From: Octopus bimaculoides
Taxonomy: Eukaryota
Assembly (NCBI RefSeq): GCF_001194135.2
Contig: NC_068994.1
Location: 24,351,747 to 24,390,270 of the forward strand
Direction of reading: 5' to 3'
DNA length: 38,524 bases
Shown here: piece after piece, positions 32,297 to 38,524 of the stretch
Numbering within the stretch: position 1 is the first letter of the stretch
Layout of the letters: each line of letters starts with the position of its first letter
Program-made: the position numbers and the translations under genes
Notes under the pieces: generated by a model
Told to the model about the DNA's origin: nothing
The model's input: only the letters and a program-made list of their open reading frames with translations
Database searches by the model: none

Positions 32297-33635
32297 CAGG
32301 GGTTGGACAAAATAATGGAAACACCTAGCATCATAGCATCATAATTCTGAAATATCTATAAAGACGTCAAATGCATGTTTATTTTTATGTTTTTTTAAAA
32401 TTTATTATTAGTGTTGCTTAATATGTTTTGCTAAGATTGATGTTTCTTTTCAGATATCACCAGAAAAAGGTAATTAAAATTCATTAAAATGACAGATCTA
32501 TCGGACTTTCAAAGAGATCGAATTGATGGTGCTCATATGGCAGGCGCTAACGTAACGAAAACAGCCGAAATGTTTGGTGTATCAAGAAGTACTATCTCGA
32601 AAGTAATGACAGCCTTTGAGAAAGAGGGAAAAAACCTCCTCGTCGAAACAAAACTCTGGAAGAAAACCAAGACTTTAAGATAGGGACCGTCGGACTCATG
32701 CGAATTGTTAGAAAGGATCACAAAAGTACAGCTCCCNNNNNNNNNNNNNNNNNNNNNNNNNNNNNNNNNNNNNNNNNNNNNNNNNNNNNNNNNNNNNNNN
32801 NNNNNNNNNNNNNNNNNNNNNNNNNNNNNNNNNNNNNNNNNNNNNNNNNNNNNNNNNNNNNNNNNNNNNNNNNNNNNNNNNNNNNNNNNNNNNNNNNNNN
32901 NNNNNNNNNNNNNNNNNNNNNNNNNNNNNNNNNNNNNNNNNNNNNNNNNNNNNNNNNNNNNNNNNNNNNNNNNNNNNNNNNNNNNNNNNNNNNNNNNNNN
33001 NNNNNNNNNNNNNNNNNNNNNNNNNNNNNNNNNNNNNNNNNNNNNNNNNNNNNNNNNNNNNNNNNNNNNNNNNNNNNNNNNNNNNNNNNNNNNNNNNNNN
33101 NNNNNNNNNNNNNNNNNNNNNNNNNNNNNNNNNNNNNNNNNNNNNNNNNNNNNNNNNNNNNNNNNNNNNNNNNNNNNNNNNNNNNNNNNNNNNNNNNAGT
33201 CAAGACTAAACATTTTATCTGATCAAATTCATCCTATGGTTGCGGAACTGTTTCCGGAGGGAAACGCAATCTTTGAGGATGATAATGCACCAATTCACAC
33301 AGCTAAAGTTGTTACTGAATGGCATGAGGAACATTCTAGTGAAGTTGAACATCTTATCTGGAGACCACAGTCCCCAGATCTCAATGTTATTGAACATTTA
33401 TGGTGCATTTTAGAAAAACAAGTAAGGAGTCGATATCCTCCACCATCATCACTACAAGAACTGGAGACTGTTTTAGCTGAAGAATGGACAAAAATTCCTT
33501 TGGAAACAATTCAAACTTTGTATGAGCCTATACCTCGTAGAATTCAATCTGTAATTACTGCCAAAGGCGGTCCTACCCCATATTAAAATATATTTGTTTG
33601 AAATTTTAAGGTGTTTCCATTTTGTCCAACCCCTG
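32297..33635 (+). mobile_element. Tc1-like DNA transposon (1339 bp) with DD36E spacing, pseudogenised
   Basis: TIR CAGGGGTTGGACAAAATAATGGAAACACCT (32297-32326) matches 33609-33635 (3-bp deletion); TA TSDs; paired-like HTH start MTDLSDFQRDRI..GVSRSTISKV; catalytic FEDDNAPIH..W.PQSPDLNVIEHLW; C-terminus KGGPTPY. Confidence 0.95.
32737..33197. other. Assembly gap inside the transposase
   Basis: N run. Confidence 1.
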
Positions 33636-34159
33636 TATTTATCTTGCAAGTTGAAAGCACAACATTGATACAGTAAAAATAGGTTCACTCCACGTTGTTT
33701 ATAATCTTTAAACTGTTCCTTTAAAACTTCTAGTCTTTTAAATTATTAAGATTTTCTAGCTAATCCCAGACTTCAAATAATAACAATAGAACAATTAGTT
33801 GGACGAGAGTTTATAGTGTTAGTATAGGTTCATTTTATAGTCTTATCTCTGGGTTCTGAATTCAAATTTTCCTTTGGGGTTAGCGAAATAATTATCATTA
33901 TGATGTATATTTTAAATTTGAGTGTACTTCGCACAAACTTCATATTTTGCCTAAATAAGACATCAGTATTTAAACAAAGGTGAATTGAGAGAATCAGTAG
34001 GTATGTTGTAGTACTTAAGTGCGGTCATTTCTTTAAAACTTGAACATTATTTTTCTTTTAATTTAGTAATTTTTGAGCTGCAGTTCTATTCTCCTGTCCA
34101 TGATATACAAACTATTATTTACTGTTCTTAGTTTTCGTTGACTTAGAGTCAAGTTACTA

Positions 34160-35359
34160 TTAAGAGTATCAAAAAGTAATGTTGTGTCTGCAAGCAAATA
34201 GTTTGACATAGCACCACAAATAGTTTGCAAGCCGATAAAAGATGTCCTTGCAATCAATTAACCAATCAGCATAGAGTTAATGGTCAAACATTAATCTTGA
34301 TCTTATTGCCCATAGAAGACAAAGAATTAAGCAAGCTAAATATTCGGGATTGCATGCTTCATGAATTTTTTAAGGGCAATAATGCAACACGTGCAAGGAA
34401 AAACATACATACAGTATATCCTAATGGTGTCCAGAAATGTCAATAGTAGTTTAATAAATTCAAAAAGAACTATTTCGATCTTTTGGATGGGCATCGATCA
34501 GGAAGACCAACTGTTCTCAATAACGACACGGTGTAAATAGTAATTGAAGAAGATCCGCGTCAAAGTATCGGAGGCTTATACCGGAAGCGTAATAAACCTT
34601 ACAACATCATGTCAAGTGGATTGAGAAAGTGTATAGAAAAGGGAAGTAGATGCTTCATGAGCTGTCATCGGAGAATAAAGCAGTGTGTTCACCAATTTGC
34701 AACAAATTCAAAGAATGAACAAACATTTTTTCTTAATCGAATTGCAACAGGCAATGAGAAATGGATAGTATAAGCCAAAATACACGTAAGAAGCAGTGGC
34801 TCAAGCTAAAAATGAAAAAAAATACAGTTCCAACTCTCAAAGGAGATTTTGCTGTGCGTTTAGTGGTATGCAATAAATGTTGTTCACTTAGAATTATTGG
34901 AACAAGAGAAAGTCAAAAAGCAGAATTTAATTGTTAACAAGTTTTGCTCAAAAATCAACCAGCTTCAGGTAACAGAAAGGAAGTCATCCGGCAATATGAT
35001 AATGCAAAATCCCTTCAGCAAAGATAATCCAAGAAAATATAAATTCATTAGGCTGTGAAACTCTAACTCTCCCTCCCTACTCAGCAGACCAAGCACGATA
35101 AGATATTCAGGTCACTATGGTACTTTAACAGTGAAAAAGCATTCAGAAGCAAGGATGATGTCGAAACGGCACTTCAAATATTTTTCTCTTCTAAAGAACC
35201 TGATTTTTTCCCAACTAATCGGAAAACTGGTTTCGAGGTGAGGAAATGTTACTGCAAACTATGGCGATTATATTTGAATGAATAAATATATTTACTTTAT
35301 GTTTTATGCTGTTTTGAACCCATTACATGAAATGTGACATTACTTTTCCGTACCCCTAA
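34160..35359 (+). mobile_element. Mariner-family DNA transposon relic (~1.2 kb)
   Basis: IRDCMLHEFFKGNNAT, RSGRP..EEDPRQS, ATGNEKW (cf. TGDEKW), YDNAK (cf. HDNARPH), PPYSAD (cf. PPYSPDL); terminal 25-mers TATTAAGAGTATCAAAAAGTAATGT (34158-34182) and reverse complement of 35337-35361 match 20/25, including the flanking TA. Confidence 0.85.
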
Positions 35360-36135
35360 TACTGACTATGTAGTAATTTTAATAAATGCTATTAAGTAAA
35401 TTTAGCGCTGTGTATATTTTAAATACTTTACAATTTCCTATAGCTTAAGGTTATTTGGAATCCATCCACTGATACTTGCACTAATATAATTCAATATCAA
35501 CAATTGCTTTATGCTAATAACATGCTGCAGTACATGTGAAATGAATAAATTTAGCTGTACAAGGTTTCAGAATGCAGTTGTTTTTACTAATGCTATGATT
35601 TAGAATACTAATTTTGAAATCTCCTATGAGAAGAATTATCTTAAAGTGTTTTTGAAGACTTTTATCCGTTAGCCTTCAATCACAACTAAATTACTTTTAT
35701 CACCAGTAACTAAGGTTTTGAGTGCTTTTATATTCAACTAAAAAGAGGAGAAAAAGCTATTTTGTTTTACCTTTAATATAACTATTTTTTCGCAGGTTAT
35801 CAACTTGGACGCTGGTTTATTGAAGTAAAATCTGCAAAGTTATCTAGCAGTAAATCTCAAACAATCACTGAAATTAATATCACTGGTACTTATAGTAGTG
35901 CTTGTGCAAACTGGTGTCTGAGTTGGTCCACATGTCACTCGTTTGTTTTCAACGAAGTATTGAATCAATGTATGATATATCCAACAAGTGCTGCAACTGA
36001 ATCTTTAGTACCAGCAAATGGTTATAACTATTACCAACTTATTAAATGTAAGTAAGCTTAATCCAATCCCTTCTTGACTTTACAGAGTTGTCTATCTGCC
36101 TATGTATGTATTTGTTTGTACCACTAGATGAATAA

Positions 36136-36303
36136 TTTTTTCTACTCTAGGCACAAGGCCAGAAATTTGGGAGGGGGGGCTAGTCAATTAGATCGACCCC
36201 AGTACGCAACAGGTACTTAATTTATCGACCCCGAAAGAATGAAGGCAAAGTCGACCTCGGCGAAATTTGAACACAGAACATAAAGACAGATGAAATACCG
36301 CTA
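36136..36303 (-). mobile_element. SINE family B, 5'-truncated
   Basis: Matches B copies from tail to ..ATACCGCTA; head missing. Confidence 0.85.
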
Positions 36304-36336
36304 GATAAATAATGGTCCATTCTGTGAGCATTCTGT

Positions 36337-36707
36337 TGTTGGTACTACGTCGCTTACGACGTCGAGGGTTCCAGTTGATCCGATCAACGGAACAGCCTGC
36401 TCGTGAAATTAACGTGCAAGTGGCTGAGCACTCCACAGACACGTGTATCCTTAACGTAGTTCTCGGGGATATTCAGCGTGACAATGCTGACCCTTTGAAT
36501 TACAGGCACAACAGAAACAGGAAGTAAGAGTGAGAGAAAGTTGTGGTGGAAGAGTACTGCAGGGTTCGCCACCATCACCTGCCGGAGCCTCATGGAGCTT
36601 TAGGTGTTTTCGCTCAATAAACACTCACAACGCCCGGTCTGGGAATCAAAACCGCGATCCTATGACCGCGAGTCCGCTGCCCTAACCACTGGGCCATTGC
36701 GCCTCCA
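36337..36707 (-). mobile_element. tRNA-derived SINE family A
   Basis: About 13 substitutions (counted by eye) versus 6940-7358; TSD CATTCTGT at 36329-36336 and 36708-36715. Confidence 0.92.
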
Positions 36708-37649
36708 CATTCTGTACAATAGTTGGATTAGGCTTATGTAATGTAATTCCTATTAGGGATGAAACTATAAGAAATTTTAATTGTATGTCTATTGAAAACC
36801 TTTCTGTATTTATACTCATGCATTAAATTGAGACAGATTTTATTAGACCTATTAAGTTATCTAATTATTAAATTCGACACGATTAAATTGAGACAGATCT
36901 TATCTATATTAGACCTAACATTGAAAAAAGGGATGCACCCGCTTTCTCATTCTATAGGAGGTCTAATAGGGTTATGATCTTCCTAAATTTAATAGATAAA
37001 CATTTTTCACATAGCACAAATATGAAACACTGACACCAACACTTATGAGGTAGAAATCAAATCTACAAACGTGAATTGAGATCTCAGACAGAAGGATCAT
37101 CTAAGAAAAAGATTTTACAGCGTCACCTCATTAACATTGCTGTGTTAAAAAATGGTTATCATATATGTATTAAAATACAGTTATACACTCTTTGTCAATG
37201 ATAAGATAATGTTAAGAAATAGAATCTTTGACAATGATAAGAAAATGTTAAGAGGCGCATTTTGTTTAAACAGTTTACATAAAAGTTTTCAAAATAGGTA
37301 GTAAAATAAATTCATAATTATTTATAAGTTCATCAAAAATCATGAGTTTATAGAAGCATATATACAGAAATAATTTGTAGATAGTATTTGATAGGAGAAA
37401 GCGTGTATTGTTTAGTCAAAACTTCATCAGAAATCATATTTAAGTAGCTATAGAATTTTAGGGGGACAATCAACCTTTGTTTCCTTCATCTCCAGTCTTG
37501 TATGTGTGTTGGCAGGGATGGTTGCTATTTTTAGAAATAGTGTGGGAGGCTGGTTGATGTCGGAGATCATTGATATACTTTGTGGAATTAAAAGGATATT
37601 TTTGTTTCTGGGCTTGTCTGTCGTGGTCCAGTGGTTTGGGGAGTTAAAG

Positions 37650-38290
37650 ATGGTGTGTGTGTGTGTGTGTGTGTGTGCACGGTTCTATGTGTGTGTGTAT
37701 ATATATGTGCTTCTGTTTGTATGTGGGTATTTTTGACTGGTCTTAGAGTTCAGTGTGGGTGTGTGTATATGGGTCTGTGTATGTGTTGCTTTATGTTTAG
37801 CAGGGTGGTGCGTGTATATGTGTGCACGTTTGTGTGTGTGTGTGTGTGTGATTTGTGTTTGTCAGGGTGCTATGTGTGCGCTTGTGCGTATGTGTTTGTT
37901 CGTGTGTGTGTTGTGTATGTTTGTGTGTGTTGTGTTGGTGGAGATGGCATGTGCGTGCACGTGAGATAGTGTGTGTGTGTGTGTGTGTATGTGTGTGTGT
38001 GTGTGTTTGTAGTGTTATAATTGTCCGGGTGGTGTATGTGCATCCATATGTGTGTGAGGGTGCATATGTATGTGTGAGTGTGTATGTGCGTGTGAGTGTG
38101 TTGTATTTGTCTAGGGTTTTGTGTGTATCTGTGTGTGTTACGTTTTTCCCGGTGGTGTGTGTGTATTCGTGTATGTATTGTGCGTGTTTGTACCGAATAT
38201 GCATTTGAGTGTGTATGTGTATATGGGTGTGGTTTATGTAGTTTTCGGGTGTGTATGTGTGCTATATTTGTTGTATCGAAGTGTGCTTAT
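37650..38290. repeat. Cryptic GT-rich low-complexity tract
   Basis: Direct reading; source of spurious Cys/Val ORFs. Confidence 0.9.
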
Positions 38291-38466
38291 ACGTGTAGAA
38301 ATACGAGAGTAGAAAAACAGCCAACAACTGATGAAGGGTCGTTCTTTATGTTGTTTGTCTTGTTTTCCATTTGTGTGTTTTGTAGTTCAAAAATAGTTCA
38401 TATTCCATGTACTTGTACTTCGTATGTTTTTGTTGTACACGTTTCATGACGTCCTGTCCCCACATA

Positions 38467-38469
<3 letters not shown>

Positions 38470-38524
<55 letters not shown>
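38470..38524. repeat. (AT)n microsatellite running to the window edge
   Basis: Direct reading. Confidence 0.97.

Noticed and set aside
2312-33586. Long ORFs containing X runs
   Set aside because: Their length is inflated by read-through of N gaps; only the flanking real sequence was interpreted.
38298-38345. CTGATGA (38328-38334) with an upstream GAAA-TAC-GAGA-GTA hairpin as a type II hammerhead
   Set aside because: No U16/H17 in register, no stem I, and no downstream GAAA or stem II partner. It may be a repeat terminus but no fold is supported.
1-38524. CRISPR array, rRNA, or prokaryotic operon
   Set aside because: No repeat-spacer structure or rRNA-like sequence; the window is eukaryotic repeat-rich DNA.

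Overview
Eukaryotic, AT-rich, microsatellite-dense DNA from a gapped scaffold assembly (7 N-gaps). The repeat style suggests an octopus or other cephalopod; that is an inference I cannot verify. I found no confident host gene, rRNA, tRNA or CRISPR array. The window is mostly decayed mobile elements: three Tx1/L1-clade LINE pieces, four R4/Dong-like restriction-like-endonuclease (RLE) LINE pieces, two different Penelope-like elements (PLEs), a Tc1-like DNA transposon with DD36E spacing, a mariner relic, a 127-bp hAT-type MITE with 8-bp TSDs, and two tRNA-like SINE families. The most notable signal, invisible in the ORF track, is a set of hammerhead-ribozyme folds in three architectures: (1) a full-length type I hammerhead at 19032-19101, just past the polyA signal of a Tx1 element; (2) an inverted pair of minimal palindromic-stem-III motifs at 10120-10162(-) and 10303-10344(+), upstream of a Neptune-like PLE, the + copy with a U3-A8 core; (3) a weaker, long-stem-II candidate at 28597-28739 downstream of the second PLE. 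All structures and identities were derived by eye; none has been computationally or experimentally confirmed.
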